This document shows, in pieces, positions 19,406 to 28,980 of a stretch of DNA of 64,000 nt. This DNA comes from Gemmatimonadaceae bacterium. Its GTDB lineage: Bacteria; Gemmatimonadota; Gemmatimonadetes; Gemmatimonadales; Gemmatimonadaceae. The notes below the pieces were generated by a model. It worked only from the letters and a program-made list of their open reading frames with translations, was not told where the DNA came from and did no database searches. Where the stretch lies: positions 7,251-71,250 of the forward strand of contig DATHHC010000042.1 of the NCBI GenBank assembly GCA_035317285.1, written 5' to 3'. Position numbers and translations under genes: made by a program. How positions within the stretch are numbered: the first letter of the stretch is position 1; each line of letters starts with the position of its first letter.

Positions 19406-20341
19406 TCAGCGACCTCCGGACAACCGAACCTTCCGCGCGTATGTACGCAGCATGCATTCGCCGTAGAACGCTGGGTGCTCGCTATACGCGCTCCATGTTT
19501 TGTCGACGCGCTTCATTTCGTTGTCGTAGGCCAGAAAAACTGCCGCCTTTTCGCGCGCCTGATCAGGCGATCGATTAGCGGCTCGTGATGCCAGCGCATA
19601 GCCGGTATAGTATTGCGTGTTGGTCCACCGTTCCCTCCTCCGCAGGTCCTCCACAAGGAGGCCTGCCATACGATGATCGAAGTGATCGTGCGGATTCGCG
19701 GCAATACTCGGATCGCTCGCGTGAATCGCGTTATCCCGAGTGGTGGAGCTCGACCCGATCAGCTTGCTCACAGTCGCCATGAGATCTTCCCACCCGCGGT
19801 ACCTGGTGCTCCCATCGATTGCAGTTATGGAAGCGATTCTTTTCCCGCGCAATTTTCTCAGGCTTTGAAAGTCATGGCGCGCGAAGCCCGTACCACTTCT
19901 CTTCCCGTCAGGCAATCGGAGAAAATAGGACTCAGTCCTGGCGATGACGCATTTTCGAATCAAATGCTCGAGCACTTCTATAGTCGAGCATCTGACAGCG
20001 GCCGAATCTGCTGCGTCCGTTCCGATCGCAAGCCGCGTTGAGCGCAATGCCGCTCGCTCTCGCGTCAGCCAATAGGTCGAGTCCCGCCCGTCGTCCCCAG
20101 CCGTGAGGTAGATGAACGTCGCCGAGTCGCCGGTCCTGATTTGCTTGGCGACCACATCCCCCATAAAGAGCTGCCAGTCGTCCTGGTGTGCAACAACGAA
20201 CACATCGTGGCGCGCCCCGGGTGCGTTCGATTCATATCTAACCGAGACTGGGACCTGGGATCCAGCGACGCCCACGACCGACAGCTCGACCAATCCAGGG
20301 CCAAGCAACAATACGAGCGGGAGGAGCCGTAAGGAGTTCAT
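19406..20341 (-). CDS. PIG-L/LmbE family deacetylase, secreted
   Basis: VVAHQDD, YLTAGDDG, LRLPDG, HDHFDH. Confidence 0.8.
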   Translation of the reverse strand: MNSLRLLPLVLLLGPGLVELSVVGVAGSQVPVSVRYESNAPGARHDVFVVAHQDDWQLFMGDVVAKQIRTGDSATFIYLTAGDDGRDSTYWLTRERAALRSTRLAIGTDAADSAAVRCSTIEVLEHLIRKCVIARTESYFLRLPDGKRSGTGFARHDFQSLRKLRGKRIASITAIDGSTRYRGWEDLMATVSKLIGSSSTTRDNAIHASDPSIAANPHDHFDHRMAGLLVEDLRRRERWTNTQYYTGYALASRAANRSPDQAREKAAVFLAYDNEMKRVDKTWSAYSEHPAFYGECMLRTYARKVRLSGGR

Positions 20342-20383
20342 GCGGAAAGATACTCCTTGTGTTCAGTCCGATAGCCCAGACGC

Positions 20384-20418
20384 ACAAAGCGGGTGCAACC
20401 CGCTTAAAGTTGCACCCC
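20384..20418 (-). terminator. Probable intrinsic terminator of the yceI-like gene
   Basis: GGGTGCAAC (20391-20399) / GTTGCACCC (20409-20417) hairpin with a weak U tract on the minus strand. Confidence 0.55.
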
Positions 20419-20444
20419 ATTTGTTAGTTTCTTATCTAATCAGG

Positions 20445-21008
20445 TTAGTCGACCCTGATAGCCTCGACCTCGAGATTGATCTTGATCTCGTTCCCGACGG
20501 TAAGCCCGCCGGTCTCCAGCAGCATGTTCCAGGTCAGACCGAATTCCCTGCGATCGAACTTGCCGCTTGCGCTGAATCCCACGCGCTCGCCGCCCCACGG
20601 ATCCTTCGTCTGTCCTTCGAAAGTGACATCGAGAGTGATCGGGCGCGTCACATCGCGAATCGTCAGATCGCCGGTGAGCGTGAACTCCTGCTTGCTGCCC
20701 TCGATCCGGGTGCTCCGGAACTTGATCTCGGGATACTGCTCGACGTGCAGAAAATCCGCCGACCTGAGGTGCTGGTCCCGCTGATCGGTGCGCGTATCGA
20801 TGCTCGCCGCCTTGAGCGTTGCCTCGACTAAAGAGCTCTTCGGGTCGTTTTCATTCGTGTAGATGGTGCCTTCGATGTCTGTGATCCGTCCCTTGACGGT
20901 CGAGATCATGAGATGCTTGGCGGAGAACTCCACCGTCGTATGCGTCGGGTCGAGCTTCCATGCCGTCTTCGCTCCTGCTACCGGAGCCGTTTGAACTGTT
21001 GCGGTCAT
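20445..21008 (-). CDS. YceI family polyisoprenoid-binding protein
   Basis: WKLDPTHTTVEFSAKHLMIS, RDQHLRSADF, DPWGGERVGF; ATG at 21008 after GGAGAGG. Confidence 0.93.
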   Translation of the reverse strand: MTATVQTAPVAGAKTAWKLDPTHTTVEFSAKHLMISTVKGRITDIEGTIYTNENDPKSSLVEATLKAASIDTRTDQRDQHLRSADFLHVEQYPEIKFRSTRIEGSKQEFTLTGDLTIRDVTRPITLDVTFEGQTKDPWGGERVGFSASGKFDRREFGLTWNMLLETGGLTVGNEIKINLEVEAIRVD

Positions 21009-21074
21009 CGTCTTCCTCTCCAATCCTGTGCGGTTTGAGCCTGTAAAGCCCCGGAGCGAGGCTAATAGCCCTGG

Positions 21075-21109
21075 ACTTACTATTGGTATGTGAGTATACT
21101 TTAGTAAGT
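21075..21109. promoter_or_regulatory. Candidate operator for the HxlR-family regulator
   Basis: ACTTACTA...TAGTAAGT inverted repeat with an internal ACTTAC-N5-GTATGT, between the divergent yceI and hxlR genes. Confidence 0.55.
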
Positions 21110-21147
21110 TAGTTGTGTCAAGCACCCATATTTGCAAACTTTCTTAC

Positions 21148-21564
21148 ATGGCCGATTCTTCCGCACCCACTCCACACGTCTGTGCCCGCTTTCATCGGGC
21201 TATCGAGCTCATCGGTAGCCGCTGGACAGGCGCTATCCTGCAAACCCTGCTTCAGGGCAAAACGCGCTACGCCGCCATCAGAGGCGCGATTCCCGATATC
21301 ACCGATCGGATGCTGTCCGAGCGCCTGCGCTCGCTCGAAGGGGAAGAGCTGGTGATTCGGGTTGTAACCCCGGAAAGCCCGGTGCGCGTTGAATACGAGC
21401 TGACCCCGAAGGGGAGCGAGCTCCAAAAAGCACTGGGAGAGATCGGAGCGTGGGCGGAGCGCTGGATTCCGCTCGAGAGTGACGAGGGCAATGCGATTGC
21501 CGGCGAACAAAAAGGGAGTAAACGTCGCCCTGTGCGACGCGCGCGTAAAGCCAGGCCCGCGTGA
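21148..21564 (+). CDS. HxlR/DUF24 (MarR-type) transcriptional regulator
   Basis: N-terminal Cys; IGSRWTGAIL, ITDRMLSERLRSLE, PVRVEYELTPKG. Confidence 0.92.
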   Translation: MADSSAPTPHVCARFHRAIELIGSRWTGAILQTLLQGKTRYAAIRGAIPDITDRMLSERLRSLEGEELVIRVVTPESPVRVEYELTPKGSELQKALGEIGAWAERWIPLESDEGNAIAGEQKGSKRRPVRRARKARPA

Positions 21565-21573
21565 CCGTGGTCA

Positions 21574-21608
21574 AGGACGCTGAGTAGATTTTCAGCGTCT
21601 TTTTTTTT
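21574..21608 (+). terminator. Intrinsic terminator
   Basis: GACGCTGA/TCAGCGTC stem followed by T9. Confidence 0.85.
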
Positions 21609-21694
21609 CACAACGCTATCTCCACCGTCGTGGATACGCTGAAGCCTACCTTTCGCTGCGCGTATGTACCCTCATCCAGCATGGAGAACCACTG

Positions 21695-23941
21695 ATGCGC
21701 ACGCTGCTCTCCTCGCTCCTGCTCTCGGCAACTGGTCTCGCACTCGCCCCAGCTCCGGCCGACGTACCACTGCGCGGTTTCTTTCCCCAATCCGTTCAGG
21801 CTGAACGTGATCTGGAAGCGCGGTTCAAGGCGATGCCCGATCCGGCCCGGATGAGAGAAGCCATGCGCCGACTGAGCGCGCGCCCGCACCACGTGGGCTC
21901 CCCGTACGACAAGGACAACGCCGAATGGATTCTCAGCCAGTTCAAGTCATACGGCTGGGACGCACACATCGAGAACTTCGACGTCCTCTTCCCGACTCCG
22001 GTCGAACGCGTCGTCGAGCTGGTGGCTCCTACGACGTTCAAGGCATCGCTTCAGGAGACAGCACTCCCCGAAGACCCGACATCGAATCAGCAATCCGAGC
22101 AGTTGCCTTCGTACAACGCCTACTCGATCGACGGCGATGTCACGGGTCCTCTCGTGTTCGTCAACTACGGAATACCTGCCGACTACGACGAGCTGGAGCA
22201 GCGCGGCATTTCAGTCAAAGGCGCGATCGTGATCGCCAAGTACGGCGGGTCCTGGCGTGGTATCAAGCCCAAGGTGGCGGCTGAACATGGTGCGATCGGC
22301 TGCCTGATCTATTCAGATCCGGGAGATGATGGCTATAACGGTGGCAATGTCTTCCCCAAAGGACCGATGCGTCCGCCGCAAGGTGTTCAGCGTGGTTCCG
22401 TCGCTGATATGCCTGTCTATCCGGGCGACCCTCTGACACCGGGTGTCGGCGCCACCAAAGACGTGAAGCGGCTTACCGTCGCGCAGGCCGCAACAATCAC
22501 GAAGATCCCCGTGCTGCCAATTTCCTACGGCGACGCGCAACCGCTGCTCACCGCGCTCGGAGGCCCAGTCGCTCCGTCCGCCTGGCGGGGCGGGCTTCCC
22601 CTCACCTATCGACTCGGCGCGGGGCCCGCGCGCGTTCATCTGCGGGTCAAATCCGACTGGGGCTCGAAGACGCTTTACGACGTAATCGCCAAGCTGCCCG
22701 GCACCACCGAAGCAGACCAGTGGATCGTTCGCGGCAATCACCACGATGCGTGGGTGAACGGCGCTGAAGATCCAATCTCGGGTCTCATCGCCGAGCTCGA
22801 GGAGGCGCGCGCACTGGGGGCGCTCTACAAACAGGGATGGCGGCCGAAGCGCACCATCATCTACGCTGCCTGGGATGGCGAAGAGCCCGGTTTGCTGGGT
22901 TCGACCGAGTGGGCGGAGACACACGCCGACGAGCTCCGAACGCATGCGATCGCCTACATCAACAGCGATGGCAACGGCAGAGGGTTCCTCGGCGTTTCGG
23001 GATCACACTCGCTGGAGAAATTCATCAACGGCGTTGCGATGGACGTCGAAGATCCCGAGTCGGGAGTGAGCGCGTGGAAGCGGTTGCAGTCGAACCGACT
23101 CCTGAACGGAACTACCGAAGTTCGCCGCGAGATCCGCGATCGCGAAGATCTTCGCATCGGCGCTCTGGGCTCAGGATCGGACTACTCGCCATTCATCGAT
23201 CATTTGGGCGTCGCATCGCTCAACGTCGGGTACGGCGGAGAGGATGACGGCGGCATCTACCATTCGATCTACGACGATTTCTACTGGTACACGCATTTCA
23301 GCGACACGTCTTTTGTCTACGGTCGGGCCCTTGCCCAGACCGCCGGCGTCGCCGTGCTGCGTCTGGCCAACGCGGATCTGCTTCCGTTCGCGTTCACGAA
23401 CCTTGGGGAAACCATCCAGACGTACGTGAAGGATCTCCAGTCTCTCCGCGACCGGCGCGCGGAACAGATCACGGAACGCAATCGGCAGATCGAAGATGGT
23501 CTCTTCAAGGTCACGAGCGACCCGCGCGATCCCGTAACCGCTCCTCAACGTCAGCGCCCTGCGCCACAGTTGAACTTTGCGCCGCTGCTCAACGCACTCG
23601 ATTCACTCAACCACACAGCGTCGCGTTACGACAAAGCTTATAGTCGAGCCGTCAGTGAAGGACGCACGAACATCGCCAAGGGCGTAAATGCGCGACTGAT
23701 TCAGGCCGAGCGCGCCCTCACGTCGACGGAGGGTCTGAAGAACAGGCCATGGTATGTTCACATGCTCTATGCGCCGGGATTCTACACTGGCTACGGAGTG
23801 AAGACTATACCCGGAGTACGCGAGGCGATCGAGCAGGGAGAATGGCAGGATGCGGATCGCGAGATAGCCCGCGCTGCTGCCGCAGTCGAGCGCGAGGCGA
23901 CGTTGATCAGCGGACTCGCGACGACTCTTTCAGGGTCTTGA
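21695..23941 (+). CDS. M28 family peptidase (glutamate carboxypeptidase II/transferrin-receptor-like)
   Basis: PA domain; GNHHDAW, GAEDPISG, WDGEEPGLLGSTEW, GSGSDY; TFR dimerisation-type C-terminus. Confidence 0.92.
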   Translation: MRTLLSSLLLSATGLALAPAPADVPLRGFFPQSVQAERDLEARFKAMPDPARMREAMRRLSARPHHVGSPYDKDNAEWILSQFKSYGWDAHIENFDVLFPTPVERVVELVAPTTFKASLQETALPEDPTSNQQSEQLPSYNAYSIDGDVTGPLVFVNYGIPADYDELEQRGISVKGAIVIAKYGGSWRGIKPKVAAEHGAIGCLIYSDPGDDGYNGGNVFPKGPMRPPQGVQRGSVADMPVYPGDPLTPGVGATKDVKRLTVAQAATITKIPVLPISYGDAQPLLTALGGPVAPSAWRGGLPLTYRLGAGPARVHLRVKSDWGSKTLYDVIAKLPGTTEADQWIVRGNHHDAWVNGAEDPISGLIAELEEARALGALYKQGWRPKRTIIYAAWDGEEPGLLGSTEWAETHADELRTHAIAYINSDGNGRGFLGVSGSHSLEKFINGVAMDVEDPESGVSAWKRLQSNRLLNGTTEVRREIRDREDLRIGALGSGSDYSPFIDHLGVASLNVGYGGEDDGGIYHSIYDDFYWYTHFSDTSFVYGRALAQTAGVAVLRLANADLLPFAFTNLGETIQTYVKDLQSLRDRRAEQITERNRQIEDGLFKVTSDPRDPVTAPQRQRPAPQLNFAPLLNALDSLNHTASRYDKAYSRAVSEGRTNIAKGVNARLIQAERALTSTEGLKNRPWYVHMLYAPGFYTGYGVKTIPGVREAIEQGEWQDADREIARAAAAVEREATLISGLATTLSGS

Positions 23942-23996
23942 GCGACCATTTATTTCAAAGTGTAAGAGCGGTTCCGACTTCATCGAGGTGACACCC

Positions 23997-24905
23997 ATGC
24001 GCTCGAATCTCACCGCCATCATCAGTGCGGCCGTCCTCGCCTGCTCGCCCTCCAAACCAGACCGCGCGGCGCCGGACACTTTGGCCAGTGCGCGACCTGA
24101 TTCGGCGCGTCCACTCGCCTCACCCGCCGGATTCAACCAGCCGGAAGCCGTGCGCTACGATCCCGATCAGGACATCTACTTCGTCAGCAATTGGGGGAAC
24201 GGTGGCCCGGAGGCAAAGGACAACAACGGTTTCATTTCCCGGATGACACCTGATGGCACGGTCGAGCGGCCCCGGTTCATCGCCGGTGGCACCGGTGGGG
24301 CAACGCTGCATGCGCCGCGCGGGATGACAATTGTAGGTGACACGCTTTGGGTTGTGGACGCGGACGCGGTGCGCGGCTTCAACCGCCGCACTGGAGCACC
24401 CTTGGCGACCGCCAATTTCTCCGCCTTCAAGCTTGGTTTCCTCAACGACATCGCCGCGGGCCCTGATGCGCTCTACGTGACGGACACGGGTACCGATCAC
24501 ATCTACCGAATCGCCGGCGGACGGGTGACCGTCGCGGTTGAGAACACGGCGCTCGGCAGTCCCAACGGGATTACCTGGGATGCCGGGGGCCACCGGATGA
24601 TCATCGTCCCGTGGGCAGGCGATTCGACAATAAAAGCATGGACCCCCGGAACCAAGACGCTCACCGTGGTCGGCAAAAAAGGAAGCACCAGGTACGACGG
24701 CGTCGAGATTCTTCCCGGAGACCGCGTGCTCGTGTCAGCTCAGGGGGATTCCAGCCTGTATATCTTCACCGGAGGCACAGGCCGTTCGATCATCCGTACG
24801 GGTGGCGCTCCAGCCGACATCGCTGTCGACACCAAACGGAATCGCGTCGCAGTTCCGTTCGTCGATCGTAACATGGTCGAGATCTGGGAGCTTCCGGCAC
24901 AGTGA
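23997..24905 (+). CDS. SMP-30/gluconolactonase-like beta-propeller lipoprotein
   Basis: Lipobox VLAC; QPEAV, LHAPRGM, FLNDI, SPNGI, PADI; SD GAGGTG before ATG 23997. Confidence 0.8.
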   Translation: MRSNLTAIISAAVLACSPSKPDRAAPDTLASARPDSARPLASPAGFNQPEAVRYDPDQDIYFVSNWGNGGPEAKDNNGFISRMTPDGTVERPRFIAGGTGGATLHAPRGMTIVGDTLWVVDADAVRGFNRRTGAPLATANFSAFKLGFLNDIAAGPDALYVTDTGTDHIYRIAGGRVTVAVENTALGSPNGITWDAGGHRMIIVPWAGDSTIKAWTPGTKTLTVVGKKGSTRYDGVEILPGDRVLVSAQGDSSLYIFTGGTGRSIIRTGGAPADIAVDTKRNRVAVPFVDRNMVEIWELPAQ

Positions 24906-24947
24906 CAATCGGGGCGAAAGCTGATTCTCCGTGGGCTCCGGGTCGGC

Positions 24948-24980
24948 AAACAAAAAGAGCTCCCTCAGCGGGAGCTCTCT
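24948..24980 (-). terminator. Terminator downstream of tRNA-Phe
   Basis: AGAGCTCCC/GGGAGCTCT hairpin with a U tract on the minus strand. Confidence 0.8.
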
Positions 24981-25013
24981 ACTGGATTCGGGATCACGCA
25001 GTACCTGGATGAA

Positions 25014-25086
<73 letters not shown>

Positions 25087-25154
25087 TAATCGGACTCACG
25101 TCCGGAAGGATCAATTAAAACGCCTATGTGGTCGTTATCAACCACTGGCGCGAG

Positions 25155-25559
25155 CTACTTCGACGACGGCGCCTTGCCGTGGGTCGCGGTGATGACGGAT
25201 TTCACGCCGCCACGAACATTGAAGTCACCGACCACGCGCATCCATTTGGGCGACGAGCTTGCTACAAGATCGTCGAGAATCCGGTTCACTGCCCGCTCAT
25301 AGAAAATCCCGTCGTTCCTGTAGCTCCAGAGATAGAACTTGAGGCTCTTGAGCTCGATGCATTTGGCTGCTGGAACATAGGTGATACGGATCGTTCCGAA
25401 GTCGGGCGCTCCTCCCGTCAACAGGGCGAGCTCTTCGGCGTCGCTCTCGACGCCACCCAGCGGGCAGAGGGAAGTGAACTCCGAGCAGTCCATGTGGATC
25501 TCGTAGTCACGGCCAGCGTAGGGATTGTCGAAGGTCTCGAGGAGCTCTGGCTTTGGCAT
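25155..25559 (-). CDS. queF: NADPH-dependent 7-cyano-7-deazaguanine reductase (preQ1 synthase)
   Basis: EFTSLCP...PDF, QueF motif ELKSLKFYLWSYRN, FNVRGG. Confidence 0.88.
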   Translation of the reverse strand: MPKPELLETFDNPYAGRDYEIHMDCSEFTSLCPLGGVESDAEELALLTGGAPDFGTIRITYVPAAKCIELKSLKFYLWSYRNDGIFYERAVNRILDDLVASSSPKWMRVVGDFNVRGGVKSVITATHGKAPSSK

Positions 25560-25603
25560 CCCGAACGATGCACTCACGGTCAGCGCGGATCAATCCGCGC
25601 GTA

Positions 25604-26503
25604 TCACTCGTCGCGAAGCTTTCGCGACATCTCCTCGAGCAATCGCCGCTCGTCTCTCGACAGGCTTCCGATCCCCTGTTGCGAGATCTTGTCGAGCACC
25701 CGGTTCACCCTCGCCGCGTATTCCTTCGGCGTTTCCTGCCGAGGCACATGCTGCAGCGGCTTGCTCTCACGAAGGATAATCGCGTTGCTGCGCTCGACCA
25801 CTTCGTCCACACCGGCGGCACGATCGCGCATTGGCTGTCTGCCGCGTGGAACGGCGCGCGGCATATCCTCTGATTCATCCGGCACGGCAGACACCCATCC
25901 CCTCACCCTGTTGATTCCACCCGCCGAATAGAGCTTGAGGAAGATCCACCCGAAAGCCATTCCGCCGACGTGGGCCGTCCAGTCGATCCGCGAGCCCGGC
26001 GACAGGGCGAAGATGATATTCATCACCAGCATCGCCAATATGAGATAACGGGATCTCATCGGAATCACGCCGAAGAGATAGACCTCTTCGTCGGGCCACC
26101 GGAGCGCGTACGCGACCAGCACTCCGCTGATCGCGCCCGAGGCGCCGACGACCGATGTATGCGGTGCAAAAACCAGGTGCGCGATTGCGCCACCAACCCC
26201 GCAGCAGAGATAGAACCAGACGAACGTGCGGGTTCCCCATTCATGTTCCAGCCGGGGGCCAAACATCCAGAGCGTGAACATGTTGAACGCGAGGTGGGCA
26301 AGCCACGCGTGCACGAACATGTACGTAACTACCGTCCACCAGGTAGCTGGGAAGCGGGCAGGATCGAGAGCGAGCGCCGAATACACCGCATCCGGTCCAA
26401 ACAGCGTCAGCTGCAGGAAATACACGCCGATGTTCAGGGCCAGGAGCCACTGAACAGCGCGCGTCATGCGCGGGGATTCGGGTGTGTCGTACAGCTCGCT
26501 CAT
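25604..26503 (-). CDS. Rhomboid intramembrane serine protease with C-terminal helical domain (DUF6576-like)
   Basis: HLAFNM, GASG, AHVGG; LDKISQQGIGSLSRDER tail. Confidence 0.92.
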   Translation of the reverse strand: MSELYDTPESPRMTRAVQWLLALNIGVYFLQLTLFGPDAVYSALALDPARFPATWWTVVTYMFVHAWLAHLAFNMFTLWMFGPRLEHEWGTRTFVWFYLCCGVGGAIAHLVFAPHTSVVGASGAISGVLVAYALRWPDEEVYLFGVIPMRSRYLILAMLVMNIIFALSPGSRIDWTAHVGGMAFGWIFLKLYSAGGINRVRGWVSAVPDESEDMPRAVPRGRQPMRDRAAGVDEVVERSNAIILRESKPLQHVPRQETPKEYAARVNRVLDKISQQGIGSLSRDERRLLEEMSRKLRDE

Positions 26504-26569
26504 GCTGACCTGCGACTAAGGGACCTACATCTAAGACCCAGGGCGCAACGAAGGGTTCCTCAGCGGAAC

Positions 26570-27568
26570 CTATTCGACGGCGAGCTTCACGATCCGCTCA
26601 CACAGCTCCGGGAAGTTGATTCCCATCGCCGCCGCCCCCTGCGGTATCAGACTAAGCTCGGTCATCCCGGGCAACGTGTTTGCTTCGAGACAGTAGAACT
26701 CGCCCTCCGTAGTGAGCCTGAAGTCTATGCGGGCGTAACCCCGGAGTTTGAGCGACCGGAACGCCGCCAGCGCCTGCTGCTGCACCTTTTCAGTCGCCTC
26801 GCGCGAGAGCTTCGCCGGGAACTCCTCCACCGCCATGCCCGCCGTGTACTTGCACTCGTAGTCGTAGATCTCGTGCTTGGGAATGATCTCTCCCACCGGC
26901 AGTGCCACATCGCCGAGCACCCCGACCGTCAGCTCGCGGCCGGGAACGAACCGCTCGACCATCACCTCGCTGTCGTACTTGCTCGCTTCCTCGATGGCGG
27001 CCAAGAGGTCCCCACGTTTTTTCACCAGCGTCAGACCTACCGTGGATCCCTCCTTCGAGGGTTTGACGACTACTGGGAGCCCGAGCATTCCTTCAACCTG
27101 CTCGATCGTCACGGGAGTCATCAGCCAGTCTGCTGTCTTTACGTCTGCCGCGCGGAAGAGTTTCTTCGACAGATCCTTGTCCATGGCCAGGGCGCTCGCG
27201 AGATGTCCGCTCCCCGTGTATTTCACGTGCGCCATGTCCAGCAGAGCCTGAATGGTCCCGTCCTCTCCCTGCCCTCCATGAAGCGCGAGGAACGCCACAT
27301 CCGCTTCCTTCACTTCTTTCATCGAAGTGAGATTCGGCAGAAATGTTCCCTCGGCGAACTTGGATAGCGCCTCCAGCGACGGTGGTGCCACTCCAACCTT
27401 GCCGGTGCTCAGCTCACGTTCTTCGCTCGCGTTGATCACCCCGCGAGCCGGATCGAGCGCCGTCACCTTGTGCCCGCGCTCCCGCAGTGCCTGCACGATT
27501 CGGATTCCCGACGCGAGCGAGACGTTACGCTCGGACGAGGTGCCACCCATGAATACCGTAATCTTCAT
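26570..27568 (-). CDS. ddl: D-alanine--D-alanine ligase
   Basis: GGTSSERNVSL, LHGGQGEDG, VKPSKEGS, YDYECKY, EANTLPGMT; ATG at 27568. Confidence 0.95.
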   Translation of the reverse strand: MKITVFMGGTSSERNVSLASGIRIVQALRERGHKVTALDPARGVINASEERELSTGKVGVAPPSLEALSKFAEGTFLPNLTSMKEVKEADVAFLALHGGQGEDGTIQALLDMAHVKYTGSGHLASALAMDKDLSKKLFRAADVKTADWLMTPVTIEQVEGMLGLPVVVKPSKEGSTVGLTLVKKRGDLLAAIEEASKYDSEVMVERFVPGRELTVGVLGDVALPVGEIIPKHEIYDYECKYTAGMAVEEFPAKLSREATEKVQQQALAAFRSLKLRGYARIDFRLTTEGEFYCLEANTLPGMTELSLIPQGAAAMGINFPELCERIVKLAVE

Positions 27569-27585
27569 TCGAGCAGATTCCTTGG

Positions 27586-28980
27586 TTATCGAGACATCAT
27601 GTAATGGAGCATGTCGGATCGCGTGACGATCCCCTGAACGACTCCATGTTCCTGCACCAGCACCGCGGGATTCGCCTTTGAGAGCAGCCTCACCACGCTG
27701 TCTACCGGCTGGTCCGACGCCACCATCGGGAAAGGCGAATCCATTATTTCGCCAACCGCGGTATCGAGTAGTTTCGGATTCTCCAGACCTTTCTGGGAAA
27801 GCGACCAGTCGCTCACCGATCCGATGCAGTTTGCGCCATCCATGACGGGAAGCTGAGACACATCGTGCAGGCTCATGAGGCCGATCGCCTGCCGCACGGT
27901 TGCTCCCGCTGCAACGCTCACTACCGCGGGCGCAACGCCATTCTTTCGGCCGAGCACGCTGTGGAGAGCAACTTTGGGGATATCGAGCATCTGGTTCTCG
28001 CGCATCCATTCGTCGCTGTAAAGCTTGGAGAGATAGCGCTCACCAGTATCGCACAGGATAGTCACCACCATCGCATTGGGATCGTCGAGTTCGCGCGCGA
28101 TCTTGAGCGCAACGGCGGTGATCAGACCCGATGATCCACCGACGAACAATCCCTCCTCACGCGTGAGCCGCCTCGCCATCGCGAAGGACTCCTTGTCGCT
28201 CACGGTGTGGTACTCGTCGATAACGCTCATGTCGAGCGTGCCGGGAAGCTTGTCCTGCCCAATTCCCTCGATCTTGTACGGCGTTCCCTCGATCTTGTTT
28301 TTTCCCTTGCTCCGCCAGTACTCGGCCAGTATCGAGCCCGCGGGATCACCTGCAATCACCCTCACCTTCTTGCTTCGCTCCTTCAGGTAGCGGCCCACGC
28401 CAGTGAGCGTTCCGCCTGTGCCCGCCGAACCGACGAAGTGGGTGATCTTGCCGCTGGTCTGCTGCCAGAGCTCGGGACCCGTCGTTGCGTAGTGCGCGTC
28501 GGGGTTCGCATCGTTGTAGAACTGATCCGCGAGGATGGCATTCGGAGTCTCAGCCGCAATTCGCTTTGCCATCATCACGTAGTTATCGGGATGATCTGGC
28601 GGAACCGCTGTCGGAGTCACGATGACCTCGGCGCCGAATGCCTTGAGCAGGCGGACTTTTTCCTGCGACATTTTGTCCGGCATCGTGAAGATGCATTTGT
28701 ATCCGCGGAGCGCCGCCGCGATCGCGAGGCCGACACCGGTATTCCCGCTCGTGCCTTCGACTATCGTCCCGCCGGGCTTCAGCTTCCCTTCCTTTTCCGC
28801 TCGCTCGATGATCGGAAGACCAATTCGATCTTTGACCGAGCCGCCCGGATTGAAGAACTCCGCCTTCGCATAAACTGGAGTGCGAAGTCCGCGCGTGACC
28901 TGGTTGAGTCTGATCAGCGGCGTCCAACCGATTGTCTCGAGAACGTTGTCATAAGGCAATCGGTTGCGTTCGTTTTTCAT
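27586..28980 (-). CDS. Cystathionine beta-synthase (PLP) with C-terminal CBS domains
   Basis: NPGGSVKDRI, TSGNTG, GTGGT, EGIG, CBS pair. Confidence 0.9.
   Translation of the reverse strand: MKNERNRLPYDNVLETIGWTPLIRLNQVTRGLRTPVYAKAEFFNPGGSVKDRIGLPIIERAEKEGKLKPGGTIVEGTSGNTGVGLAIAAALRGYKCIFTMPDKMSQEKVRLLKAFGAEVIVTPTAVPPDHPDNYVMMAKRIAAETPNAILADQFYNDANPDAHYATTGPELWQQTSGKITHFVGSAGTGGTLTGVGRYLKERSKKVRVIAGDPAGSILAEYWRSKGKNKIEGTPYKIEGIGQDKLPGTLDMSVIDEYHTVSDKESFAMARRLTREEGLFVGGSSGLITAVALKIARELDDPNAMVVTILCDTGERYLSKLYSDEWMRENQMLDIPKVALHSVLGRKNGVAPAVVSVAAGATVRQAIGLMSLHDVSQLPVMDGANCIGSVSDWSLSQKGLENPKLLDTAVGEIMDSPFPMVASDQPVDSVVRLLSKANPAVLVQEHGVVQGIVTRSDMLHYMMSR

Noticed and set aside
25560-25603. Hairpin CGCGGA/TCCGCG upstream of queF as a preQ1 riboswitch
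   Set aside because: Lacks the preQ1-I loop consensus and A-rich tail; only a simple stem.
25970-27367. 465-aa plus-strand ORF, and other long antisense ORFs (615-1430, 7726-8679, 28207-29178, 48102-49007)
   Set aside because: Shadow frames opposite well-supported genes in high-GC DNA; no recognisable motifs.
27569-28009. 147-aa N-terminal extension of Ddl (similarly the extensions on yceI, DUF2225 and GGDEF in the track)
   Set aside because: They overlap neighbouring genes or intergenic DNA; homology and SD signals point to downstream starts.
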